Of a stretch of 64,000 nt of DNA, positions 30,642 to 39,438 are shown piece after piece. How positions within the stretch are numbered: the first letter of the stretch is position 1; every line of letters starts with the position of its first letter. The translations under genes and the position numbers were made by a program. Origin of the DNA: an uncultured bacterium (GTDB lineage Bacteria; Verrucomicrobiota; Kiritimatiellia; RFP12; UBA1067); assembly GCA_900547945.1 (NCBI GenBank), contig URIT01000001.1:25758-89757 (forward strand). Reading direction: 5' to 3'. The notes under the pieces are model-generated. The model saw only the letters and a program-made list of their open reading frames with translations, ran no database searches and had not been told where the DNA came from.

Positions 30642-33320
30642 ATGTGGAAAATGTTCGCTTTTACGGCTGTGGCGGGGACGCTGTGTGCGGCGCCGCTTGA
30701 ACTGGGCATGGGCATGAACGGCGACGTGCGCGTGGGCGACACGGGCGCGCGCCTCGCCCTGGCGATCCACCATGCGGGCTGGTCGGGCACGTCGAAGGGC
30801 GCCCGGCGCGACTTCGCCTTCCCGGACGCCGCGACGGGGACGGCCACGTTCGACTTCTTCACGGACAGGGAAGGGGTGACGTGCGCCCACGGCCGCACGA
30901 CGCTGCTCGCGGCCGCCGACGGGCGCGCCGTCCTCGACGCCTCGGTGACGAGCGACCGCGACCAGACGCCCGAACTCGTCGTGCTCACGCTCACGATGCC
31001 CTGCGAGACGTTCGCCGGAAGCGCGTGGAAGACGTCGGGCGGGGCGTCCGGCACGTTCGCGAAGGCGTGGGACGGGAAGTCCATCGGCGTCTGGAGCGGC
31101 ACGGCCGGCTGGATCGAGTTTGCGCCGCCCGGGCGCGACGCCTTCCGCCTCGTCTTCCCCGGCGGCGCGCGCCTCCACATCCAGGACGACCGCAAGTGGG
31201 TGCAGACGATTTCGCTGCGGATCTCGGCCGACGGCGGCCGCGCGTTCAACAAGGGGGACCAGCGCGCGTTCCTCTGCCTCGTCGCGGCGAAGGACGGCGT
31301 GAAGGTGATGATCGACAAGCCCGTTGTCGTGAAGGCGGGGCCGGACTGGATTCCGCTCGACTACCGCAAGGACATCGAGGCGGGCAGCGCGCTCGACTTC
31401 TCGAACCAGGGCCTGCAGGACGCCCCCGCCGGCAAGCACGGCTGCCTGAAGGCCGTCAACGGGCACTTCGAGTTCGAGAACCTGCCCGGACGGAAGCAGC
31501 GGTTCTACGGCGTCAACCTCTGCTTCGACGCGAACTTCCCGGACCACGACCTTGCCGACCGGCTCGTGACGCGCCTCGTGCGCCTCGGCTACAACACCGT
31601 GCGCATCCACCACTACGAGTCCGCCAACGGCGCGGTGAAGGGCGCGGCGGACGGCCTCGCGCTGAACGCCGAGCGGATGGACCGCCTCGACTACCTGCTT
31701 GCGAAGTTCTACGAGAAGGGCGTCTACGTGACGACCGACCTCTTCACCTGCCGTCCCGTCGCCTGGCGCGCGATCGGCATCGACCGCGACGGCCGCGTCG
31801 ACCAGCAGGTCTACAAGAACCTCATCCCCGTCCACGAGGGCGCCTACCAAAACTGGGCGACGTTCGCGAAGAACCTCCTCACGCATGTGAACCCCTACAC
31901 GGGGCGCGCCTACAAGGACGAGCCCGGCCTGCCGCTCATCTCGCTCATCAACGAAGGGCATCTCACCTGGTGCTGGCGCCGGATTCGCGGCGAGGTGCCG
32001 ATGAAGAAGGCGTGGACGGCGTGGCTTGCGGAGCGGCGCGCGGCGGATGCGGGCTTCGCCAAGGGGCTGGACGACCCGGAGAAGGTTTCGGAATCGTCCG
32101 CCGTCTTGATCGCCTTCATGGCGGACATCGAGCGGAAGCTCGTCGCGCGCCAGCGCGCCTACATGAAGGAGCTGGGCGTGAAGGCCCTCCTCACGAACCA
32201 GAACTGCGGCAGCCACTACACGCCGCTCATGGCCGTGCGCGAAGACCTCTACGACTACGTGGACGACCACTTCTACGTGGACCACCCGCAGTTCCTCACG
32301 AAGTCGTGGTCCCTGCCCTCGATGTGCGGCAACGCGAACCCCGTCTTCGCCGGCACGCTGCCGCCCGTCGCCTGCGCCTACACGCGCATGCCCACGAAAC
32401 CGTTCACGATCACCGAGTGGAACTTCTCGGGCCCCGGCATGTTCCGGGGCGTGGGCGGGATCATGACGGGCGCGATGAGCGCGCTCCAGGACTGGGACGG
32501 CCTCTGGCGCTTCGCCTACTCGCACGGGCTCGACAACCTGTACGACCGAAAGGGCGTCCCCGGCTACTTCGACGTGGCGAGCGACCCGCTCGGCCAGGCC
32601 GGCGACCGCGCGAGCGTGTGCCTCTTCCTGCGCGGCGACCTCGCGCCGCTTGCGGACATGATCGCGAACGCGGTGACGCCCGACACGTTCCTGCCGAAGG
32701 ACGGCCCCACGGGGCTTGTCCCGCCGTGGAAGGATGCCGCCTGGCAGATCCGCACGGCGACCGCCGTCAAGCCCGTTCCGGGCCTGAATACCTTCAACCT
32801 GAAGGAGCAGCTTGCGCGGAAGGAGCCGCCCGTCGCGCTCCGTCCAAACCCCGCCATCGACCTCGACCGCACGCGCGGCACGTTCCGCATCGTGACGGAG
32901 AAGACGGCCGGCGGCTTCACGCCGTCGGGGACGATCCAGGCGGGCGCGGTCGCCTTCGACGCCGGGGCCGTCGCGACGACACTCTGGGCAAGTTCGCTCG
33001 ACGGCCGGCCGCTCGCGACCTCCCGCCGAATGCTCGTCACGCACCTCACGGACGTGCAGGCGGACGGCAACGTCTACGCCGACAGGGAGAAGCGCACGCT
33101 CCTCAAGTGGGGGAGCTATCCGCCCGTCGTCCGCAACGGCCGGGCGCGCGTCGCGCTCGCCCTCGCGCGCCCCGCCGACCTCTCGGTGTGGGCGCTGGAG
33201 ACGACGGGCCGCCGCCTTGAGAAGATGCCGGCGTCCGTCGAGGACGGCCGGCTCGTCTTCACGGCCGACGTGAAGGGCCCCGCCGGCGCCCGCATGCTCT
33301 ACGAGGTCGCCGCCGAGTGA
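30642..33320 (+). CDS. secreted putative glycoside hydrolase (GH5/clan GH-A-like), paralog 2
   Basis: Signal peptide. QRFYGVNLCFDANFPDHDLADRLVTRLVRLGYNTVRIHHYE. Paralog of 24362..26917. Confidence 0.45.
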   Translation: MWKMFAFTAVAGTLCAAPLELGMGMNGDVRVGDTGARLALAIHHAGWSGTSKGARRDFAFPDAATGTATFDFFTDREGVTCAHGRTTLLAAADGRAVLDASVTSDRDQTPELVVLTLTMPCETFAGSAWKTSGGASGTFAKAWDGKSIGVWSGTAGWIEFAPPGRDAFRLVFPGGARLHIQDDRKWVQTISLRISADGGRAFNKGDQRAFLCLVAAKDGVKVMIDKPVVVKAGPDWIPLDYRKDIEAGSALDFSNQGLQDAPAGKHGCLKAVNGHFEFENLPGRKQRFYGVNLCFDANFPDHDLADRLVTRLVRLGYNTVRIHHYESANGAVKGAADGLALNAERMDRLDYLLAKFYEKGVYVTTDLFTCRPVAWRAIGIDRDGRVDQQVYKNLIPVHEGAYQNWATFAKNLLTHVNPYTGRAYKDEPGLPLISLINEGHLTWCWRRIRGEVPMKKAWTAWLAERRAADAGFAKGLDDPEKVSESSAVLIAFMADIERKLVARQRAYMKELGVKALLTNQNCGSHYTPLMAVREDLYDYVDDHFYVDHPQFLTKSWSLPSMCGNANPVFAGTLPPVACAYTRMPTKPFTITEWNFSGPGMFRGVGGIMTGAMSALQDWDGLWRFAYSHGLDNLYDRKGVPGYFDVASDPLGQAGDRASVCLFLRGDLAPLADMIANAVTPDTFLPKDGPTGLVPPWKDAAWQIRTATAVKPVPGLNTFNLKEQLARKEPPVALRPNPAIDLDRTRGTFRIVTEKTAGGFTPSGTIQAGAVAFDAGAVATTLWASSLDGRPLATSRRMLVTHLTDVQADGNVYADREKRTLLKWGSYPPVVRNGRARVALALARPADLSVWALETTGRRLEKMPASVEDGRLVFTADVKGPAGARMLYEVAAE

Positions 33321-34129
33321 ATTTCATCGACCGACACGCCTATGACTGGGGCGCCGCCTTCGCGCGCGCGCTCTTCCCGTTCTTCCGGAAACGCCGCCGC
33401 ATCGCCATCGACAACATCCTCAAGGCCGGCATCACGGACGACCCGAAGGAGGCCGCGCGCATCGCGCGCGCGAGCTGGGGGCATCTGGCGGGACACATCT
33501 GCGAGGCACTGTGCGTGCCGCACGTCGTGACGAAGGAGAACTGGCGTGCGCACCTGGACGTCTCGGAGGGTGCGCCGGAGACGGTGCGGCTCCTCCTGGA
33601 CGAGACGGAGAAGCCGATCCTCCTCGTGAGCGCCCACCACGGCGTGTGGGAGGCGGCGACGAACATCCTCTCGTTCGCGCGGCCGATGATCGCGGTCGCG
33701 CGCGTGATGAACAGCCGTTTCGTCGCGCGCTGGATGAAGAAGCACCACTTCCGGGGCCCCGTGACGGTCATCGACAAGAAGCACGGCTTCACGCCCGCCA
33801 TCCTCCGCCAGTGGGCCGGCACGCGCGCGGCGATGACGATCCTGATGGACCAGCACACGGCCAAGGGGCTTCCGCTCACGTTCCTCGGTCGCCCTGCGAA
33901 GACGTTCACGAGCGCGACGCGCCTTGCGATGCGCACGGGCCTCCCCGTCGTCGTCGGCTCCTTCGTGCGCGTCGCGCCGTACCGCTACCGCCTCGTGGGC
34001 GGCCCCCCGCTCGTCTTCGCGAAGGACGGCGACAGGGCCGCCTACACGCAGCTTCTCAACGACCGCCTCGGCGAGGCGATCCGCCGCTATCCCGAGCAGT
34101 ACCTCTGGGCGCACCGGCGGTGGCGGTGA
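33317..34129 (+). CDS. lysophospholipid/lipid A acyltransferase (LpxL/HtrB family)
   Basis: GTG start overlapping upstream stop. LLVSAHHGVWEAATN (HX4E-type acyltransferase motif region). C-terminal YPEQYLWAHRRWR typical of LpxL. Confidence 0.6.
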   Translation: MNFIDRHAYDWGAAFARALFPFFRKRRRIAIDNILKAGITDDPKEAARIARASWGHLAGHICEALCVPHVVTKENWRAHLDVSEGAPETVRLLLDETEKPILLVSAHHGVWEAATNILSFARPMIAVARVMNSRFVARWMKKHHFRGPVTVIDKKHGFTPAILRQWAGTRAAMTILMDQHTAKGLPLTFLGRPAKTFTSATRLAMRTGLPVVVGSFVRVAPYRYRLVGGPPLVFAKDGDRAAYTQLLNDRLGEAIRRYPEQYLWAHRRWR

Positions 34130-34151
34130 ACGAAAACGGAAAGGAGACGGG

Positions 34152-35753
34152 ATGAAGGTTCGCAGAATCGGTCTGATCTTGGCCGCCGCCTGCGCGGCGG
34201 GGCTGTCCGCATGGGGGGAGGACGCGGTCTTCGCGTGGAAGTGGGCGCATCCGCGCCTGACGGTCGTGCGGCTCCAGGACCGCACGGACCGGCACAACGA
34301 GCTCTACTTCGAAACGGAGTACCTGCTGTCGCGGAACGAGGCGGCGTTCGACGTTTCCGCGCCCGCGCTCTTCGTGGAGGATGCGGCGACGGGCGAGGGA
34401 CGGGCGTTCTTCCGCGTGGCGCCGCTGCCGGAGTCGCGTCCCGTCAAGGGGGCCGACTTCCGCGTGGAGGCGGGGCGGGGACGCCTCCTCGTGCGGGACA
34501 CGGGCTACCCCTGCGTGCAAGTCGCCTACGCGGGCGGCGCCGTGGGGCGCGTGCGGGCGGCGACGGACTTCCAGCGCGCCCGGCGCGCCTACGTCCCGGG
34601 GCGCGACGGTCTCTTCCTCTCGAACACCTGGGGCGACGGCAACCGCGACGCCTGCATCAACGAGGCGTTCCTGCTGCGCGAGGTCGCCGCCGGGGCCGCG
34701 CTTGGCGTGGACGTCATCCAGATCGACGACGGCTGGCAGAAGGGGCGCTCCGCCAACTCGGCCAAGCTCAAGAAGGGCGAGAAGGGCAGCTGGAGCGCCT
34801 TCTGGCACGATCCCGAATTCTGGACGCCCGACCCCGAGCGGTTCCCGCGCGGGCTCGAGCCCGTCGTGGGCGCGGCGCGGGCGCAGGGGCTGAAGTTCGG
34901 CCTCTGGTACGGCCCCGACAGCTCGAACGAGGCGGCGCGCTGGGAGAAGGACCTGGACCTGCTGCTGGGCCTGCACCGCCGCTTCGGCATCGACTACTTC
35001 AAGCTGGATTCGATCCGTTCCGAGTCGCCGCGCACGCTCCAGCGCCAGCAGAAGCTGATGGACGGCCTGCTTGCGGGGTCCGGCGGACGCATCACCGTCG
35101 ATCTCGACGTGACGGCGCAGATTCGCCCCGGCTACTTCGGTTTCCCGGAAGTGGGCCCCGTCTTCGTGGAGAACCGCTACATCCGCAAGGGGGAGTCCCG
35201 CCTCTGGTGGCCGCACCTTACCCTGCGCAACCTCTGGTCGCTTGCCCATGTCGTCGATCCGGCGCGTCTGCGCATGGAGGTGCTGAACCCCGACCGCCTC
35301 CCGGACGCCTATCCCGCCGGCGATCCGCTCGCGCCGGCGCAGTGGCCGAAGGACGCGCTCTTCGCGTCCGTGATGTTCGCCTCGCCGCTCGGATGGTTCG
35401 AGATCCAGAACCTCTCGCCCGAGACGGTCGCCGCCTGGAAGCCGCTCATCGCGACGTGGAAGCGCCACCGCGACGCCGTCCATGCGGGCTACATCCACCC
35501 CGTCGGCGGCCGGCCGGACGGCTTTGCCTGGACGGGCTTCGTCTCGGCCGCGAAGGACGGCCGCAGCGGCACGGCGCTCCTCTTCCGCGAACGAAGCGCA
35601 AAGACCTCCTTCGCGCTCGACCTTGCGCCCTACCTCAAGGCCGAACGGGTCGAGGTCCTGGCGGGACGCGGCACGGCGGCGCTCGCGGGGAACGTCCTGA
35701 CGGTGGACGTCCCCGCGCCGCTCGATTTCATCTGGGTCCGTCTTGGAGAGTGA
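34152..35753 (+). CDS. secreted alpha-galactosidase-like glycoside hydrolase (clan GH-D, GH36/GH27-like)
   Basis: Signal peptide MKVRRIGLILAAACAAGLSAWG. VIQIDDGWQ, GLKFGLWYGP, IDYFKLDS motifs. RBS AAGGAG. Confidence 0.65.
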   Translation: MKVRRIGLILAAACAAGLSAWGEDAVFAWKWAHPRLTVVRLQDRTDRHNELYFETEYLLSRNEAAFDVSAPALFVEDAATGEGRAFFRVAPLPESRPVKGADFRVEAGRGRLLVRDTGYPCVQVAYAGGAVGRVRAATDFQRARRAYVPGRDGLFLSNTWGDGNRDACINEAFLLREVAAGAALGVDVIQIDDGWQKGRSANSAKLKKGEKGSWSAFWHDPEFWTPDPERFPRGLEPVVGAARAQGLKFGLWYGPDSSNEAARWEKDLDLLLGLHRRFGIDYFKLDSIRSESPRTLQRQQKLMDGLLAGSGGRITVDLDVTAQIRPGYFGFPEVGPVFVENRYIRKGESRLWWPHLTLRNLWSLAHVVDPARLRMEVLNPDRLPDAYPAGDPLAPAQWPKDALFASVMFASPLGWFEIQNLSPETVAAWKPLIATWKRHRDAVHAGYIHPVGGRPDGFAWTGFVSAAKDGRSGTALLFRERSAKTSFALDLAPYLKAERVEVLAGRGTAALAGNVLTVDVPAPLDFIWVRLGE

Positions 35754-35761
35754 GGTCTGGC

Positions 35762-37195
35762 ATGGTGACACGCAGAGGGTTCCTCGCCGCCGGGGCGGCG
35801 TTTGGCATCGGCAGTCTGGCCTTTGGACGGAGCCACGTGCGGCAGATCGCCGCCGGGGCGAAGATCCGCGTCGCCCTGATCGGCTGTGGCGGGCGTCTCC
35901 AGCAGCTCGTCGAGCCCATCATGGCGGAACGGATCGTCGCGCTCGTCGATCCCGACCCGCGCATGCGCGCCGCCACGCGCGAACGGATGGTGCAGGTCGG
36001 TGGGCGGGACGCCCTCGCAGGCGTGCGCGAGTTCTTCGACTACCGCGAGCTGTACGCGAAGATGGGCGACGCCCTCGACGCCGTCTTCATCGCCACGCCC
36101 AACCACCACCACGCCCTTGCGGCAGTGCTCGCGATGCGGCGCGGCATCCACGTGTTCGTCGAGAAGCCGATGGCCTCGACCGTCGCGGAGGCGCAGTTGA
36201 TGGGGCGCGTCGCGAAGGAGACGGGCGTCGTGACGCAGGTGGGGAACTTCGGGCACTCCACCAAGGCGATGCGCGTGTGCGTGGAATCCATCCGAAAGGG
36301 GTTGATCGGCGAGATCCGCGACGTGTGGTGCTACGACGACCGGCTCAACTCGATGATGTACCGTCCGCCCGCCGCGCCGCCGCCCGCCGGGATGGACTGG
36401 GACGCCTGGTGCGGCCCCGCGCCCGTCTGCGACTACTACGCGCCGACGGCGGACCACCAGGGCCTCCACCCGCACGACTGGCACAGCTGGATCGGCTACG
36501 GCAACGGCTCGATCGGCAACATGGGCACGCACATCATGGACGCCGCGTTCTGGGCGCTCGACCTCGGCAAGGCGCCGCCGGCGACGATCACCGCGCACGA
36601 AGCCGCCTTCGCCTGTCCGGGCGCCTGGGCGTGGCGCGACACGATCGACTTCGCCTTCCCCGCGCGCGGCGGCCTCCCGCCCGTCACGCTCCACTGGTAC
36701 GACGGCGTCTGCCCCGGCATCCCCTACGACAAGGACCACGTGGACCGCTTCGGCCACGCGCTCAAGCGCGAATGGCTCAACCTGCCGCCGATCCTCCTGG
36801 AGACGGAACGAAAGTGGGGAATCGCCGAGAAGGCCCCGTTCCTCAACATGGGCACGCTCTTCTGCGGCACGAAGGGCACGATCTGGTTCAGTCACCACAG
36901 CGCGATCCGCTTCTTCCCGAAGACGCTCGGGAAGGAGATCAGGAAGGCCAAGAACTTCTCCTACAAGACGACCGAACACACGCACGAGTTCTATGCGGCC
37001 ATCCGCGAGAGCCGCCCCGCCAACACGGGCTTCGACTACTCCGTGCCGCTTGCCGAGACGCTGCTTCTCGCGAACGTGGCCGCCCGCGCCGGGAAGGGGG
37101 CCGTCCTGAAATGGGACGGTCGTTCCATCACCAACAACCCCGCCGCGAACGCCTTCCTCTCGGCTCCCTGCCGTGCGGGCTGGGAACTCGGCTGA
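35762..37195 (+). CDS. TAT-exported Gfo/Idh/MocA family oxidoreductase
   Basis: Twin-arginine signal TRRGFLAAGAAFGIGSLAFG. IRVALIGCGGR Rossmann. HVFVEKPMA (EKP motif). Confidence 0.8.
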   Translation: MVTRRGFLAAGAAFGIGSLAFGRSHVRQIAAGAKIRVALIGCGGRLQQLVEPIMAERIVALVDPDPRMRAATRERMVQVGGRDALAGVREFFDYRELYAKMGDALDAVFIATPNHHHALAAVLAMRRGIHVFVEKPMASTVAEAQLMGRVAKETGVVTQVGNFGHSTKAMRVCVESIRKGLIGEIRDVWCYDDRLNSMMYRPPAAPPPAGMDWDAWCGPAPVCDYYAPTADHQGLHPHDWHSWIGYGNGSIGNMGTHIMDAAFWALDLGKAPPATITAHEAAFACPGAWAWRDTIDFAFPARGGLPPVTLHWYDGVCPGIPYDKDHVDRFGHALKREWLNLPPILLETERKWGIAEKAPFLNMGTLFCGTKGTIWFSHHSAIRFFPKTLGKEIRKAKNFSYKTTEHTHEFYAAIRESRPANTGFDYSVPLAETLLLANVAARAGKGAVLKWDGRSITNNPAANAFLSAPCRAGWELG

Positions 37196-37206
37196 CGGAA
37201 CCACCT

Positions 37207-37237
37207 CGCGGACGCAATGAATTGCGTCCGTCCCTGC
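37207..37237. repeat. REP-like palindromic element (variant with a 9-bp stem)
   Basis: gcggacgcaatgaattgcgtccgtccc (ggacgcaat/attgcgtcc stem). Confidence 0.65.
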
Positions 37238-37267
37238 GTCAAAATTTTCTAAAATTCACAATTGACA

Positions 37268-37277
37268 GGGGGGGGGG
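37268..37277. repeat. homopolymeric G(10) tract about 60 nt upstream of the 37338 start codon
   Basis: acagggggggggggtgcgg, read directly. Confidence 0.9.
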
Positions 37278-37337
37278 TGCGGTTGTTATACTTATCACCG
37301 TCATGGAAGCGCATTCAACTTCAACGCGAGGCGGTGT

Positions 37338-38061
37338 ATGAAAAAGAAAGTTGAGGGATGTTGGCCCGTACGGACTTTGGTCCGTGCGTGTCTTCTGTTG
37401 GGCCTGTTGCCGGCGGTCTGTCCGGCGGCGGCGGAGAATCTGCGTTCGCCGCGCGATGCGCGCGCGTGGAGCGTGCTGCTGCAGGCGGACGAGACGCTGC
37501 GGTGGCGGTGGCATGCCGAGGCGACGGCGGCGACGCTCACGGCCTCGAACCTCCTCACGGGCGTCGCGGCGACGTCCGCGCCCGTCGTGCGCGGCGGCGA
37601 CGTCGACGGCCGCGTCCCACAGCGCGCCCGTGCGCGGGCCGCCGCACAGCAGGTACGCCTGCAGGCACGCGACGGGGCGCAGGCGCTTGCCGCCGTGCAG
37701 CACGAACGCCTTCGCCGCCGTGTACAGCCGCCTGCAGATCGGCATGCGCGCGGGTACCGTGTTCACGACGACGGAGGCCCAGGCGTTCCACGAACTCCAG
37801 GAGCCGAAGCCGTTTGCCTGGTCGGACGCCTGGACGGGCCGCGAGGCGGCGGCGGCGGCGCTCGTCGTCGCGGACGAGACGGGCGCGCCCGTCAGCGCAT
37901 CGGACCTGCCGGCGGCGGGCGGCTGGGGCGTCCTTGATCCGCGCGCCGCGTTCGCACGCCGCTACGGGGCGTTCGACGTGTCGGTCGTCTTCGACGGGGA
38001 GGCCGCCTTGTCGGCGCGCCTCGTGCGACCGAACCTGGGCACCTTGTTGTTCATCCGCTAG
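37338..38061 (+). pseudogene. frameshifted secreted paralog of the N-terminal domain of the two downstream FGE-domain proteins; C-terminus ...GTLLFIR
   Basis: Frame 0 (37338): signal peptide plus LRWRWHAEATAATLTASNLLTGV (cf. QRWPWETRVDVDVALAGG...LAVTAS in 39439). Frame +1 (37351 frame, to 38061): LPAAGGWGVLD, AALVVADETG (cf. AAPAGGWGQD, AWLVFDVATG). The frame switch lies roughly at 37620..37720. Confidence 0.45.
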
Positions 38062-38066
38062 GGGGC

Positions 38067-39419
38067 ATGACCATGAAGAAAATCGTGTTTGCCTGTTCGC
38101 TGTTCCTGTTCTCCGCCGCGTCGGCCGCATCCGTCCCCTGCCCCTGCACGTTCCGGCAGAACTGGCCGTGGGACGCGCGCCTCTTCATCGACGCGACGCT
38201 TCCAGAGGGGACGAACGACCTGACGCTCGCCGCCTCCTTCGCCTACGACGGCGCGCGCGTGGCGCTGGAGCTTTCGCCCGCCAATGGCCTGAAGGGCGAT
38301 TCCGTCTACAACTGTACGAACGGCGTGCGCCGCTATGTCTGGGATCCCGCCACGGCCGGCTACCCGAAGGCGCTTGCGGACTTCACGCTCACGGCCTCGG
38401 CCGAGCCGGTCTCGGACCGGACGTGGCTCGTCGTCGACATGGCGACCGGGCGGTCCGCCTACTACGCCGAAGACGCGGCCCCGCGCGACGCGGAAACGGG
38501 GTGGCCGTGGCAGGACGACGTCTACAAGACCGACAAGATGGTCTTCCGCCGCATTCCCGCCGGGACGTTCACGATGGGCTACACGGACGAGCAGATTGCC
38601 TACCTCACCGCGCTGTCGCCCGCTCCGAAGACGCTGCTCACAGTCCGCCAGGTCGAGCTGACGAGCGACTTCTACCTCGCGATCTACCCGACGACGCGCG
38701 GACAGATCCGCCGGCTGCAGAACCGGGACATAACGGCATCCGACACCGTCGCCTGGGTGGGCGACAAGAACGTGACGGGCGGCGGCGCAACGTGTTTCCA
38801 GCGCGGCAGCAACGCCGTGGAGGGGATAGCCTGGCCGACGACGAAGTTCCGCGTGTCGCCGGACTCGTGGGTCGCGAAGTTCCGCGCCCGCTGCGGCAAC
38901 CGCTTCATGATCGACCTGGCGACGGCGGCGCAGTGGCAGCGCGCCATGCGGCCCGACCCCACGTGGCTCTGGTACGATACGCCCGCGCATGGCGGCGGCG
39001 CGGTGGGGGACTCCGCCACGACGCTCACGAACGTCCTCGACGTAATCTCGCAGATCCCCACGCGCCTTGCCAGTGGGACAGCCCTCTATTCGACGCCCGC
39101 GCGCGTGGGGCTCAAGCAGCCCAACGCGCTCGGGTTCTACGATAGCGTGGGGGCGCGCCCCGAACTCGTGCTCGACCAGTGGAACTGGACATTGGACGAC
39201 TTCTCGCACGACGCCGTCGATCCCGTGGGGCCGTCCGCGAATCCCACGCACCATATCATGTTCAACGCCTTCGTGAACGACAAGTCGCTCGCGGCCTGGT
39301 CGCTGTGCAACGTCCAGGGGGCGTCAACCGACCACGATCTCAACTCGGACACCGAACACTGCTTCCGCTACGCCATCCATCTGAACCCGCCCGTCGGCTT
39401 CAACGGAACCTGGGAATGA
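38067..39419 (+). CDS. secreted FGE-sulfatase (SUMF1/formylglycine-generating-enzyme-like) domain protein, paralog 1
   Basis: Signal peptide. MVFRRIPAGTFTMGYT, CFQRGSNAVEG, LKQPNALGFYDSVGARPELVLDQ (cf. FGE PNAFGLYDMSGNVWEW). Confidence 0.65.
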   Translation: MTMKKIVFACSLFLFSAASAASVPCPCTFRQNWPWDARLFIDATLPEGTNDLTLAASFAYDGARVALELSPANGLKGDSVYNCTNGVRRYVWDPATAGYPKALADFTLTASAEPVSDRTWLVVDMATGRSAYYAEDAAPRDAETGWPWQDDVYKTDKMVFRRIPAGTFTMGYTDEQIAYLTALSPAPKTLLTVRQVELTSDFYLAIYPTTRGQIRRLQNRDITASDTVAWVGDKNVTGGGATCFQRGSNAVEGIAWPTTKFRVSPDSWVAKFRARCGNRFMIDLATAAQWQRAMRPDPTWLWYDTPAHGGGAVGDSATTLTNVLDVISQIPTRLASGTALYSTPARVGLKQPNALGFYDSVGARPELVLDQWNWTLDDFSHDAVDPVGPSANPTHHIMFNAFVNDKSLAAWSLCNVQGASTDHDLNSDTEHCFRYAIHLNPPVGFNGTWE

Positions 39420-39438
39420 CAGGAAAGGAACGTGTGAC

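Noticed and set aside
34211-37195. 994-aa ORF fusing upstream sequence to the Gfo/Idh/MocA gene
   Set aside because: Only the last 477 aa (from the TAT signal at 35762) are protein-like. The upstream part overlaps the alpha-galactosidase gene in another frame.
37555-38130. 191-aa minus-strand ORF across the frameshifted paralog
   Set aside because: Arg-rich junk translation. Plus-strand frames show paralog similarity.
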